Assembly (NCBI GenBank): GCA_963846575.1
Contig: CAWJWJ010000001.1
Coordinates: 896,001 to 960,000 of the forward strand
Source of the DNA: an uncultured Nitrospiraceae bacterium
Lineage (GTDB): Bacteria > Nitrospirota > Nitrospiria > Nitrospirales > Nitrospiraceae
Reading direction: 5' to 3'
Length of the DNA stretch: 64,000 nt
Within the stretch, counting starts at the first letter, position 1. Each line of letters begins with the position of its first letter. The notes under the pieces are model-generated. The model made no database searches, was not told the DNA's origin, and saw only the letters and a program-made list of their open reading frames with translations. Both the position numbers and the translations under genes were made by a program. Of the stretch, positions 1 through 9,344 are shown in pieces.

Positions 1-273
1 CAGATTACGTCTGGTTGACCCCCCAGGGCTCTCAAGGGCCGCCTCGACGGTGCCGATAGGGTATCTAACAGCCGCCTGTGCTCTCCCTGAGAAGAAATGC
101 GAGGCGTGCCTCGTCCCCTCGCCTGCGGGATGGCTGCTGATCCAGATCTGACATACGCTCATGCCTCGTCGATCAGGTGTGGATGTGGGAGCGGGGATTC
201 CTTGGCACTGAGGCGCTCATTAGCCAGGCTGCAGCAGCGACTTAACCAGACTCATCATTCCATAGGTGACACT

Positions 274-1143
274 ATGAAGGGGAGAATCGCCTGTTCAGCG
301 GATCGCCTCAGTTTGCTGGAGGCGGCGATGATTAGCTCGGTGGTGGAGCCTAATGCGTTCCAACTCGGGAAGCAGTACCAGACCGAGCGTCGTGTACAGA
401 TCGTAGATGCATCGGATACCGAGTTGAATTCGTCCGTCATGGGCAATTCCGGATTGTATGAACAATCTATACGCCTACGCCAGGGCTACCTAGAGGCCAA
501 ATGCTCCTGTACGTTGTCTGAGCAACCGATTTGTCGCCACGGCGTGGCGGCGCTCCTTGAATATCAGCGCTGGTCCAAACCGCGAACCGTCCCCAAGCCG
601 AGAGTCGGCTTTCCCCGCTCCGAGGCTGAGCAGCCGGTACCTTCGGCAGAGAGTCCTTCCGGTGATGTAAAATTAAGCGAATTGACGCAATTTACGGAGT
701 GGATGCAGCGGGTGGTCCAGGCGATTCAAGCGGAACAGCCAGTGCCGGAACAACCCACCATGGGGTCGGGTGTGGTGTCTACCTGGACGCAAATAATTCG
801 GCGGATGGATGAGCGACGAAGGGGAAGCGATGCAGCGCAGGCCTGTCTCGACACGGAGGTCCGTCAGCGCGATGCATTGGTGGCGCGATTGACTCAGGAT
901 CTCGACTCATCTGTCAAGGAAATGAAGTCCCTGCAGATGGTTTGCAAAGATCTTGAGCGGGAAGTGGAGAAGCAGAAAGCCCTGGTCCAGAAAACAACCG
1001 ACCTTTCCATTCAGATTGACCAGTTTGACGTCGAGGTCAAGGCGATTGCGAGTACTTTGACTGAAAAGGGCCGCCGATTAGAAGGCTTAGCCGATACCTG
1101 TCGAGATGTCGCGTCGATGCTCAAATCGTTAGGCAAAGGTTAG
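274..1143 (+). CDS. SWIM zinc-finger protein with C-terminal coiled coil
   Basis: CxC...CxH motif (AKCSCTLSEQPICRHG); heptad-like E/K/Q/L-rich C-terminal half; ATG at 274 follows AGGTGA and is preferred over the track start at 97. Confidence 0.7.
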   Translation: MKGRIACSADRLSLLEAAMISSVVEPNAFQLGKQYQTERRVQIVDASDTELNSSVMGNSGLYEQSIRLRQGYLEAKCSCTLSEQPICRHGVAALLEYQRWSKPRTVPKPRVGFPRSEAEQPVPSAESPSGDVKLSELTQFTEWMQRVVQAIQAEQPVPEQPTMGSGVVSTWTQIIRRMDERRRGSDAAQACLDTEVRQRDALVARLTQDLDSSVKEMKSLQMVCKDLEREVEKQKALVQKTTDLSIQIDQFDVEVKAIASTLTEKGRRLEGLADTCRDVASMLKSLGKG

Positions 1144-1296
1144 GAATCTGTTGGCGCACGATATCTAGCGCTCTTGCGCCGACCCCATACTTATTGCAAC
1201 AGCAGGCCTCTTTAGCCGACCCCCTTGCGTCACCCCTCGTTCCTTCAGTACAATGCGACCCTCTTTTTGGGATTTCTTGAATACAGGGGGGAAATC

Positions 1297-1473
1297 ATGA
1301 ACAAGTTGACCGCAGGATTCGCGAGTGGGCTGGTTGCGCTTCAGTCGACCACTGCATTGGCTAATGTGAGCGAAGGTCCGCCTGACTATAGCGGGATTAC
1401 CGGTCTGTATTACACTTTGATCGCCATTGTCTTGGCATATGGAGTGTACGATACGTTTTTTAGCAAGAGCTAG
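1297..1473 (+). CDS. 58-aa protein with signal peptide and one transmembrane helix
   Basis: AGGGGG RBS before ATG 1297; signal-like MNKLTAGFASGLVALQSTTALA ending in AxA; hydrophobic segment GLYYTLIAIVLAYGVY. Confidence 0.65.
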   Translation: MNKLTAGFASGLVALQSTTALANVSEGPPDYSGITGLYYTLIAIVLAYGVYDTFFSKS

Positions 1474-1486
1474 TCGACAGACCAAA

Positions 1487-2302
1487 CTATTCATGGCGTG
1501 AACCGTTAGGCCCACCTGATGAGGTGGGAATAGTTTTTTTTGCCTTATTTCCGACATCTGAAGAGTCCTGCTTTGTTGCACTGAGGATCGGAAGCAGGCT
1601 CTTCAGTATGTTGTCGACCACGATCTGATATCCCTCCCGCGTGGGGTGGATTCCATCGGCCTGGTTGAGCCGTTTTTCTCCTCCCACTCCTTCCAGAAGA
1701 AACGGAACAAGTGGAAGCGCATGGGTCGTGGCCAGTTCACGATACATCGCTTCGAACCGGCCCGTGTATTCCTCACCGTAGTTTGGTGGGAGTTTCATCC
1801 CGATTAAAAGTACCGGCACGCGCGCTTCTTTGAGTCGTTTGATGATGGTCTCAAGGTGGGATCGTGTTTCCTGAATACTCAAGCCACGCAAGCCATCGTT
1901 TCCCCCCAATTCAAGAATGACGAGTGATGGTTTGCCGGCGAGGATCCAGGGTACTCGACGAAGCCCGCCCGAGGTAGTTTCCCCGCTAACGCCGGCATTG
2001 ATGACCTGATACGAATACCCTAAGGCATCGAGTCGCGCTTGCAGCTGCATCGGATAGGATTGCGCGGGAGCAACTCCAAGCCCGGCGGTCAAGCTATCGC
2101 CGAAGGCGATGATTCGAGGTCTATCATCTGGGAGCGGAGCGGTACTGGCGGATGGCGCTCCAAGCAACTCCTGGCTCTCGGAAGGCACGTCAGCAGCTGA
2201 GCCCGCGGGCCCCGCTGAAGGAGACGGGGCTGGGGACGTTTGATCGCAAGCGACTAGTGCCATGAGTAGAACCGAAGCGATACAGTTGGTCACTAGGCCC
2301 AT
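1487..2302 (-). CDS. tesA: TesA-like GDSL/SGNH arylesterase, predicted lipoprotein
   Basis: FGDSLTAG, NAGVSG, ELGGND and DGIHP SGNH blocks; lipobox-like LMALVAC; divergent from ybbAP-like genes; start placed at ATG 2302. Confidence 0.85.
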   Translation of the reverse strand: MGLVTNCIASVLLMALVACDQTSPAPSPSAGPAGSAADVPSESQELLGAPSASTAPLPDDRPRIIAFGDSLTAGLGVAPAQSYPMQLQARLDALGYSYQVINAGVSGETTSGGLRRVPWILAGKPSLVILELGGNDGLRGLSIQETRSHLETIIKRLKEARVPVLLIGMKLPPNYGEEYTGRFEAMYRELATTHALPLVPFLLEGVGGEKRLNQADGIHPTREGYQIVVDNILKSLLPILSATKQDSSDVGNKAKKTIPTSSGGPNGSRHE

Positions 2303-2343
2303 GGCAGGGTTCCGCGATTTCCACCAGGTGATCACCTGTACAG

Positions 2344-2349
2344 TATAAT
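2344..2349 (+). promoter_or_regulatory. Candidate -10 box (TATAAT) for the ABC transporter genes
   Basis: Exact TATAAT about 43 nt before ATG 2392; no clear -35; 14-bp palindrome at 2325-2338 just upstream. Confidence 0.4.
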
Positions 2350-2391
2350 GGAAAACCTCTTGCGAGCGTAGTTCACTGGACGCCACTTGAA

Positions 2392-3090
2392 ATGATTGAA
2401 GTTCAACATGTCACCATGCAGCTTTCGGCGGCCGGCCAGACTGTCACCATTCTCCACGACGTGTCACTAGCGATTCACGAAAAGCAGAAGGTGGCGATCG
2501 TGGGGCCATCGGGCAGCGGAAAGTCTACGCTACTCGGACTGATTGCTGGACTGGATCGCCCTACCTCCGGCAGCATTTGGCTCAACGGGGCTGATATTAC
2601 AGGGCTGGGAGAACAGGCGATGGCGCGACTGCGCCTGGCCAATATCGGGTATATCTTTCAATCGTTTCACCTCATCCCGACATTAACTGCCCTTGAGAAT
2701 GTGGCAATTCCACTTGAGCTGGCGAGAGATGTCCGGGCACGACAACGCGCCAACGAAGTGTTGCAAGCGGTGGGGCTAGGACATCGCGTTTCCCACTATC
2801 CCGTCCAACTGTCAGGCGGCGAACAACAGCGAGTGGCTGTGGCGCGCGCGTTCGCTTGTAGACCACCAATCCTTCTGGCTGATGAGCCGACGGGCAACCT
2901 CGATTCCGCGACCGGACAGCAGATCATTGATCTGATTCTTTCCTTGCATCGTGATAGCGGGACGACGCTTGTCCTGGTCACCCATGACCACCATTTGGCT
3001 GGCTCCATGGATCGCGTAATTACTCTCCGCGATGGCCGGGTCGAATCGGACCAACTGGCTCATCAAGACAGAATGCCTAACGATCAATGA
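2392..3090 (+). CDS. ybbA: ABC transporter ATP-binding protein (YbbA/LolD family)
   Basis: Walker A GPSGSGKST, signature LSGGEQQR, Walker B LLADEPTGNLD, H-loop VTHD; context with tesA. Confidence 0.88.
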   Translation: MIEVQHVTMQLSAAGQTVTILHDVSLAIHEKQKVAIVGPSGSGKSTLLGLIAGLDRPTSGSIWLNGADITGLGEQAMARLRLANIGYIFQSFHLIPTLTALENVAIPLELARDVRARQRANEVLQAVGLGHRVSHYPVQLSGGEQQRVAVARAFACRPPILLADEPTGNLDSATGQQIIDLILSLHRDSGTTLVLVTHDHHLAGSMDRVITLRDGRVESDQLAHQDRMPNDQ

Positions 3091-5756
3091 TGCTGCCCTT
3101 CTGGATCACGATGGCTTGGCGAGAATTGCGGTCGGCCTGGCGCCACTTTCTCTATTTTCTTGCCTGTATCGCTCTGGGGGTCGGGGCGGTAGTCGGAGTT
3201 GCGCTCTTTTCTGCCAACGTCGAACAAGCTGTCTTAAGAGAAGCTCGTGGATTGCTTGGTGGAGATCTCGAGATCCGTCTGTCCAGACAATTGGGAGAGC
3301 AGGGTGTCGCCATGTTGCGAGGGCTCGACAACCGGGGCGTACGGACGACCCGAGTCACTGAGCTGGTGGCCATGGCCTCGCAAGTGAACCCGCCGCCAGG
3401 CGCGACGGATCGGACTCAGCTTGTCGAACTCAAGGCTGTCGAAGCACCCTATCCGCTGTATGGGGCGGTCAAAGTCAGTCCTGATCGACCTCTTATGGAG
3501 CTCTTGGATATTGCCGTAACTCCCTGCCGCGAGGCCTGCTATGGAGCAGTCGTTCAGGAGGCCTTGTTGATCCGTCTCGGGCTGGTGGTGGGGGACAGCA
3601 TCAAGATCGGGCAGGCGTTGTTCCGAATCACCGGAGTCATCCATACCGAACCCGACCGCATGGCCAACATGTTCAGTTTGGGCCCGCGAGTCTTGATCTC
3701 CCAGGAGGGACTTCTTACCACCGATCTCATCAAGCCGGGAAGTCGTCTGCGTGAGAGGTACCTCCTGAAACTGCCGCCCACTCTTTCCCCATCTCCGCTG
3801 GTCCACGAGATTCGGAGCCGTCTAGAGAAAGAATCTGCGCGGGTGTCCTCTTATCGGGACGCTCAGCCGCAGCTCAAACAGTTTCTCGATCAACTGGCCC
3901 GCTATTTGGGACTTGTCGGGTTGACCGCCTTGTTTGTCGGTGGAATCGGAGTGGCGTTGTCGATTCAAGCCTTTATCCGGGAGAAGTTTCAATCCATCGC
4001 GATCCTGAAAACACTGGGTGCCGATACGACGACCATCATTCAGTCATATTTGGGCCAGGCGCTGGGCCTGGGTATTCTGGGCAGTGGTGTCGGCATTGGT
4101 ATCGGCATCGTCTTGCAGTGGTTACTCCCACAGGCTGTCTCCACCTTGCTGGCAACCGACCTCCTCGATCAGATCGGGTTTTCTTCGGTGCTGTCGGCCG
4201 CCGCGGCGGCGCCACTGGCGAAAGGCCTTGGATTGGGCGTGTTGACTACGCTTCTGTTCAGCCTGTGGCCGTTGTTGACGATCCGCGAGATCAAGCCCGC
4301 CGCTATCTTCAGGCGCGAGGTCGAAGGGGACATTGGGCCTGGCGCCACGGGGACGATCACACTTCGGAGACGTCTGCGTAGAGTACTAACCGGGGATCCG
4401 ATTAAGGCCCTCACCGCGACCGGGATAGCGTTTGGGCTGGCAGCCCTGGCTATCTGGCAGGCGGGGTCACTCAGTATCGGCGGCCTTTTCATTGGGGGCC
4501 TCCTCGTTGCGGTTGCGGCGTTGTTCATCGCAGCGAAGGCACTGCTCGCCGTCATGCGCACTTTGCCCGTGGCAGGCGCTCTTTCTATTCGGCAGGCTTT
4601 GAGCAACATTCAGCGTCCAGGCGGACAAACACTCGGGGTGATGGTCTCAATCGGCGTCGGCGTGATGGTAATTCTGGCCATCGCATTGCTTGAACATGCA
4701 TTGGTGCGACAAGTAGGTGAGAATCGCCCCACTGACTCACCAACCTTCTTTTTTATTGATATACAGCCGGACCAAACGCGGGATTTTGTGTCGCTGATCC
4801 ATCAACGCACAGGAGATTTGACGACTCAGTTGACCCCGCTGGTTCGCTCTCGATTACATGCGGTTAATGGCCGGAAGGTGCAGGTTGCGCTAGAGCCGGA
4901 AGACCAGCCTGATCAGACGCGGGAGGAGAAGCGGAAGAATTGGTATGCGAGTCGTGAGTACGTCTTGACCTTCCTCGATCAGTTGCCCAGGGATAACACG
5001 ATAGTAAAAGGCACCTGGTGGAGCGCCGGTCAAGTGTTTCCCCGCCCTCAAGTGTCCGTCGAAGAGGATGCGGCAAAAGGCCTGGGCATCGACCTGGGAG
5101 ACACTTTGGAACTGAATATTCAGGGTGTGATCGTACAGGCCGAGGTCAGCAGCATCAGAAAGGTTGAGTGGGGAAATTTTTCGACCAATTTCTACATGAT
5201 TTTTTCGCCGGGCTCGCTGGATGGTGCCCCACTGACCTATGTGGCGACGGCGCGAGTCGCCCCTGAGGACGAAGTAGCGCTTCAATCAGCGGTGGTAGCC
5301 GCATTTCCCAATGTGACGGCGATCAATATCGGTGAGGTGCTCAGTGCCTTTGCGCGGGTGTTGGATCGGCTGTCTCTTGCCATTCGCGCCGTGGCCTTAT
5401 TCTGCCTGCTCACAGGAGCGTTGGTCATGGCGGCGGCTTTGGCGGCGACCCGCTATCGCCGACTGTACGAGGCGGTGATCCTCAAGGCGTTGGGAGCCAC
5501 CCGTGCACTGATCGCCCGGTCGTTTGCCGCTGAATATGCCTTACTGGGGTTTGTGGCCGGCCTGATCGGTATACTGCTAGCCAGTGCGTTCTCGTGGGCG
5601 ATTCTGCGCTATATCTTGGAGCTCCCTTGGGCCCTGGAGCCGTCATTGTTGGGGCTGGGTTTGGCCAGCACGGTAGTCCTGACGCTTGTAGTTGGATTCC
5701 TCAGCACCTACCGCATTCTCGGTCAGCCTCCGTTGACCGTGCTCCGTCACGAATAA
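3087..5756 (+). CDS. ybbP: ABC transporter permease (YbbP / FtsX-like, two repeats)
   Basis: 889 aa with two TM clusters and periplasmic domains; LLGGDL, FFFIDIQPDQ and LKALGA motifs; ATGA overlap with the ATPase gene. Confidence 0.85.
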   Translation: MMLPFWITMAWRELRSAWRHFLYFLACIALGVGAVVGVALFSANVEQAVLREARGLLGGDLEIRLSRQLGEQGVAMLRGLDNRGVRTTRVTELVAMASQVNPPPGATDRTQLVELKAVEAPYPLYGAVKVSPDRPLMELLDIAVTPCREACYGAVVQEALLIRLGLVVGDSIKIGQALFRITGVIHTEPDRMANMFSLGPRVLISQEGLLTTDLIKPGSRLRERYLLKLPPTLSPSPLVHEIRSRLEKESARVSSYRDAQPQLKQFLDQLARYLGLVGLTALFVGGIGVALSIQAFIREKFQSIAILKTLGADTTTIIQSYLGQALGLGILGSGVGIGIGIVLQWLLPQAVSTLLATDLLDQIGFSSVLSAAAAAPLAKGLGLGVLTTLLFSLWPLLTIREIKPAAIFRREVEGDIGPGATGTITLRRRLRRVLTGDPIKALTATGIAFGLAALAIWQAGSLSIGGLFIGGLLVAVAALFIAAKALLAVMRTLPVAGALSIRQALSNIQRPGGQTLGVMVSIGVGVMVILAIALLEHALVRQVGENRPTDSPTFFFIDIQPDQTRDFVSLIHQRTGDLTTQLTPLVRSRLHAVNGRKVQVALEPEDQPDQTREEKRKNWYASREYVLTFLDQLPRDNTIVKGTWWSAGQVFPRPQVSVEEDAAKGLGIDLGDTLELNIQGVIVQAEVSSIRKVEWGNFSTNFYMIFSPGSLDGAPLTYVATARVAPEDEVALQSAVVAAFPNVTAINIGEVLSAFARVLDRLSLAIRAVALFCLLTGALVMAAALAATRYRRLYEAVILKALGATRALIARSFAAEYALLGFVAGLIGILLASAFSWAILRYILELPWALEPSLLGLGLASTVVLTLVVGFLSTYRILGQPPLTVLRHE

Positions 5757-5871
5757 GGGCAAGCACCATCCTCATCGTGATGGCAGTCGGCTGCATACGC
5801 ACGATCCCGTGAATGAGAATGAAGGGAGAGAGGTGGATCTCCCGCGTGGCCGGGGAGGAGTGGACGGCGCG

Positions 5872-8646
5872 TTAGACGACCATGCGAGCCAGCGCCTCTC
5901 GAATCGCCGCGCGGTCGCGTTGACGGAAGGCCACTGCGATATGAAGCTGTTCTAGGTATTGTTCCAGCGTCTTTCCACCGAGATCGATCCTTCGAGAGCT
6001 GAAAAACGCCCTCACGTCTCGCTCCAGTTCAGGAGTTGAGAGACCAATGACGCCCCCACACATCCGCCGCAGACCGCTTTTGGGGAAAAGTCCGTCCATG
6101 CGGTCCCAGTTGGTCTTCACAAATTCCCAGGCTTTCTCCCGGATATACACATTATGCAGCAGCGCGCTGACGAGGAACGGAGCGTCCTGAGTACGGATTT
6201 CATCGGTCAGGGTTTTGGTGAGGGTTCGCTCCAGTAGCTCTGGTGTCCGAAACGTGGCAAGAGAAAACAGATACCGTCGCTCCTCCTGAGGGGTCTCCGC
6301 CTGGCGGAAACGGTCCAGAAACTCTTCGTAGCGAATCTCATCGCCGGTGTACGCAAGGATGGAAACTAGAGCTGGAATCACGTTGGGATCGATGTCCCTG
6401 GTGTGTTTCCTGAGCGCCGCATAGGTTTCTGCCGCTTGAGCCTGGACGCCCTGATCACGACCCAAGGTACCCAGTGCACGAATGACGTCGCCGCGCAATT
6501 CTTTCACGAGTTCGCCTTCATCAGGGCGGGGACTCCAGCCGAGCTCCTGGAATGCCGGCCCCAGACGATTCCTTACGAAGGCCCCGAGCAGGGGCCGCTC
6601 CTCCTCCGTGAGGAGCTGATTCATGGTGGAAAACGATCCCAGCATCACTGCCCAGACATGGGGGTCCTTTTCGCCACGGAAGTGTTCGGTCAAAGACAAG
6701 TAGTCCGCGGGTGGGACCATGCCGGCAACCGTAGATGCCCACGTGTCGTTCAGGAGGTTGAATCGTTCGACCGGTGCTAGATTTTGTAGCCCGCGTTCTT
6801 GCAGCTTCGCAAGCAAGTCCGCACCGTACCGAACACGGTAGAATCCATGCCCGCCCTCGTTGGCCAGGACGGAGGTCCAGTTCTTGGGTAGCGGCATGAG
6901 GGTTTCCCGATCACTCAACAACAACCGGTAAGTTTCAGTTCCCTTCGCGCTGGTTACGCGAAGCTGTATAGGAATGTGCCATCGTTGGTCGCTCGTACCG
7001 CTCGAGGGTGTTAGGGGATCGGCCGCATAGGTAAAGCGATGCTGGGTCAACTTAAGCGTTGAGGGAGAGTCACTCTCCATGGTCACCAATGGGTATCCCG
7101 GCGAAAAAATCCATTCGTTCATAAGCGCGGGGACATCCTGGTTCGCCGCATGACCCAGGGAAACCCACAGATCGGTCGTTTCAGCGTTCTCATACGCATG
7201 GGTGGTGAGATAGTGCCGGACGCCGTCCCGGAAGGTCGTGGGGCCAATATGTTGCTCCAGCATGCGCAACACGGAAGCCCCTTTCTCATAGGTCAGGACG
7301 TCGAACATCGCTTCGGCTTCCTTCGGGGCGTGGACGGGGAATTCGATTGGTCGTGTGCTCATGAGTCCATCGACCGACAGGGCGGCCGCGCGAGATACTC
7401 CAAAAGCCGTCCAGCGATCCCATTTCGGCCGCCATGCATCGACCACCAGCATTTCCATGAAGGTCGCAAAGGCCTCGTTGAGCCAGAGTCCGTTCCACCA
7501 GGCCATCGTGACGAGGTCGCCGAACCACATGTGAGCATTCTCGTGCGCGACCACGTCTGCGATGCGCCCCTGTTCCGCGTGGGTCGCGGTGCGTTCATCA
7601 AGGAGCAGTGCGGTTTCACGAAAGGTGATCGCGCCGAGATTCTCCATTGCTCCGGACGCAAAATCGGGTATAGCTATGAGATCGAGTTTGTCCCCCGGGT
7701 AAGGGATGCCGTAATAGGTGGCTAAGAAGTTTAACGAGTACACGGCAATGGCATGACCGAATGCCGTCAGATGTTGCTTGCCCGGAACAGACCAGAGGCG
7801 TACCGGCGTGCCTTCCGCCATGATCGGGGGGGTCGACTCAAGCCGCCCCACGATAAAGGCTACCAGATAGGTGGACATCTTCATGGACTCCGCAAACCGG
7901 AGCACGCGTTTCCCGCCTTCCCGTCGATCGTCGACGATCCGGGTATTGGAGATGGCTGTCAGGGCCGGATCGATCACAAGGGTGACGGAAAACGCCGCTT
8001 TGAACTGGGGTTCGTCCCAGCAGGGAAACGCTCTCCGCGCATCCGTGGCTTCGAATTGGGTAGCTGCCAACGTGTGCACGACTCCCTGGCTATCCTTGTA
8101 ACTGCTGCGATAGAAACCGCGTAATTTATCGTTCAACGTCCCGCGAAATGCCACACTCAGTTGCCATTCACCCGGAGCAATAACTGACGAAAAGCTGATC
8201 CGGCATCGCTGGAGATCTTCCTCCATGCGCGGAGTTCCCGTGCGTAGGGACCCTTCGCCGCCGGACAATGTAGCGGATAACACCTCCAACTCCAGGGCAT
8301 TGAGGACAATCTCCGCGGTGGGTTCGATCACCGTCAGGGTCACGACTTCATGACCTGTGAAGGAGTGCGAGGGAAGATCGGGCTCCATTCGCAGGTCATA
8401 GTGAGTGGGGATGACATGGCGAGGGAGCCTGTAGGGGTCCTGGGAAATCATTGATGATGTCATGTGCTTTATCGTTGGTTGAGGGTGAGAGGTCGATTTT
8501 GGAAGGCCTCGGGCGGCCGATGCCAAGACGGCGGATGGGGTGATCGCGAACAGCCCGAACCCCACAGCCGTCCTGATGACAAAGTGCGCGGCGCGAAGGG
8601 CGGTTTGCCGACGGGAGAGCGGCGGGTCGGCGCGCTCATCGCTCAT
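5872..8646 (-). CDS. M1-family Zn aminopeptidase (puromycin-sensitive/ERAP-like)
   Basis: TQFEATDARRAFPCWDEP, GAMEN, HENAH followed by WLNEAFA (HExxH-x18-E), YEKGASVLRML; start either 8646 (overlaps rpiA stop) or 8463. Confidence 0.92.
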   Translation of the reverse strand: MSDERADPPLSRRQTALRAAHFVIRTAVGFGLFAITPSAVLASAARGLPKSTSHPQPTIKHMTSSMISQDPYRLPRHVIPTHYDLRMEPDLPSHSFTGHEVVTLTVIEPTAEIVLNALELEVLSATLSGGEGSLRTGTPRMEEDLQRCRISFSSVIAPGEWQLSVAFRGTLNDKLRGFYRSSYKDSQGVVHTLAATQFEATDARRAFPCWDEPQFKAAFSVTLVIDPALTAISNTRIVDDRREGGKRVLRFAESMKMSTYLVAFIVGRLESTPPIMAEGTPVRLWSVPGKQHLTAFGHAIAVYSLNFLATYYGIPYPGDKLDLIAIPDFASGAMENLGAITFRETALLLDERTATHAEQGRIADVVAHENAHMWFGDLVTMAWWNGLWLNEAFATFMEMLVVDAWRPKWDRWTAFGVSRAAALSVDGLMSTRPIEFPVHAPKEAEAMFDVLTYEKGASVLRMLEQHIGPTTFRDGVRHYLTTHAYENAETTDLWVSLGHAANQDVPALMNEWIFSPGYPLVTMESDSPSTLKLTQHRFTYAADPLTPSSGTSDQRWHIPIQLRVTSAKGTETYRLLLSDRETLMPLPKNWTSVLANEGGHGFYRVRYGADLLAKLQERGLQNLAPVERFNLLNDTWASTVAGMVPPADYLSLTEHFRGEKDPHVWAVMLGSFSTMNQLLTEEERPLLGAFVRNRLGPAFQELGWSPRPDEGELVKELRGDVIRALGTLGRDQGVQAQAAETYAALRKHTRDIDPNVIPALVSILAYTGDEIRYEEFLDRFRQAETPQEERRYLFSLATFRTPELLERTLTKTLTDEIRTQDAPFLVSALLHNVYIREKAWEFVKTNWDRMDGLFPKSGLRRMCGGVIGLSTPELERDVRAFFSSRRIDLGGKTLEQYLEQLHIAVAFRQRDRAAIREALARMVV

Positions 8647-9344
8647 GACTCCGCAGCAACAGTGACATCAACGCCCTGTGCATGGCCGACGATCAGAATG
8701 CTCGTTCGCCCGATGAATAAACCGGTCTCCACGATCCCTGGGATTTGGTTGAGCGCGATCTCAAGGTCGGCCGGGGTGTCAATTTCTGGCATGTGCAGGT
8801 CCAGAATCACATGACCGGCCTCGGTCTGGAAGACGGCGCCGTCGCGCTCCCGCAGGATCGCCTTCCCTCCCGATACGCGTTCGAGGTGGCGCGCGGTGCT
8901 GCCCCAGCCAAAGGGGACAACCTCTATCGGCAATGGAAAGCTCCCACCGAGGGCCGGTACCAGCTTCGTGTGATCTACCATAACGATAAATCGTTGTGCT
9001 GCTGCGGCAACTATTTTTTCCTTGAGGAGGGCGCCTCCGCCCCCCTTTACGAGATTGAATTGAGGATCGACTTGGTCGGCTCCATCGATGGCCACATCTA
9101 TTGTCCAGGCCTTGTCGGAATCGATCAGCGGAATGCCGGACTGCCTTGCCAGGGCGGCGGTATCGTGGGAAGTCGGGACGGCTTGGATTCTCAATCCTGC
9201 GCGCACGCGTTCACCCAAGGCGACGATCAGGTGTTTCGCGGTCGTGCCGGTGCCCAGACCGACGACCATGCCGTCGCTGACGTAGTCGACGGCTTTGAGA
9301 GCGGCTTGCCGCTTGTGGGAGTCGAGCGTGTTCGCGCGTGTCAT
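8643..9344 (-). CDS. rpiA: Ribose-5-phosphate isomerase A
   Basis: GLGTGTT, IDGADQVD, KGGGGALLKEK, LPIEV and GIVETGLF motifs. Confidence 0.95.
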   Translation of the reverse strand: MTRANTLDSHKRQAALKAVDYVSDGMVVGLGTGTTAKHLIVALGERVRAGLRIQAVPTSHDTAALARQSGIPLIDSDKAWTIDVAIDGADQVDPQFNLVKGGGGALLKEKIVAAAAQRFIVMVDHTKLVPALGGSFPLPIEVVPFGWGSTARHLERVSGGKAILRERDGAVFQTEAGHVILDLHMPEIDTPADLEIALNQIPGIVETGLFIGRTSILIVGHAQGVDVTVAAES

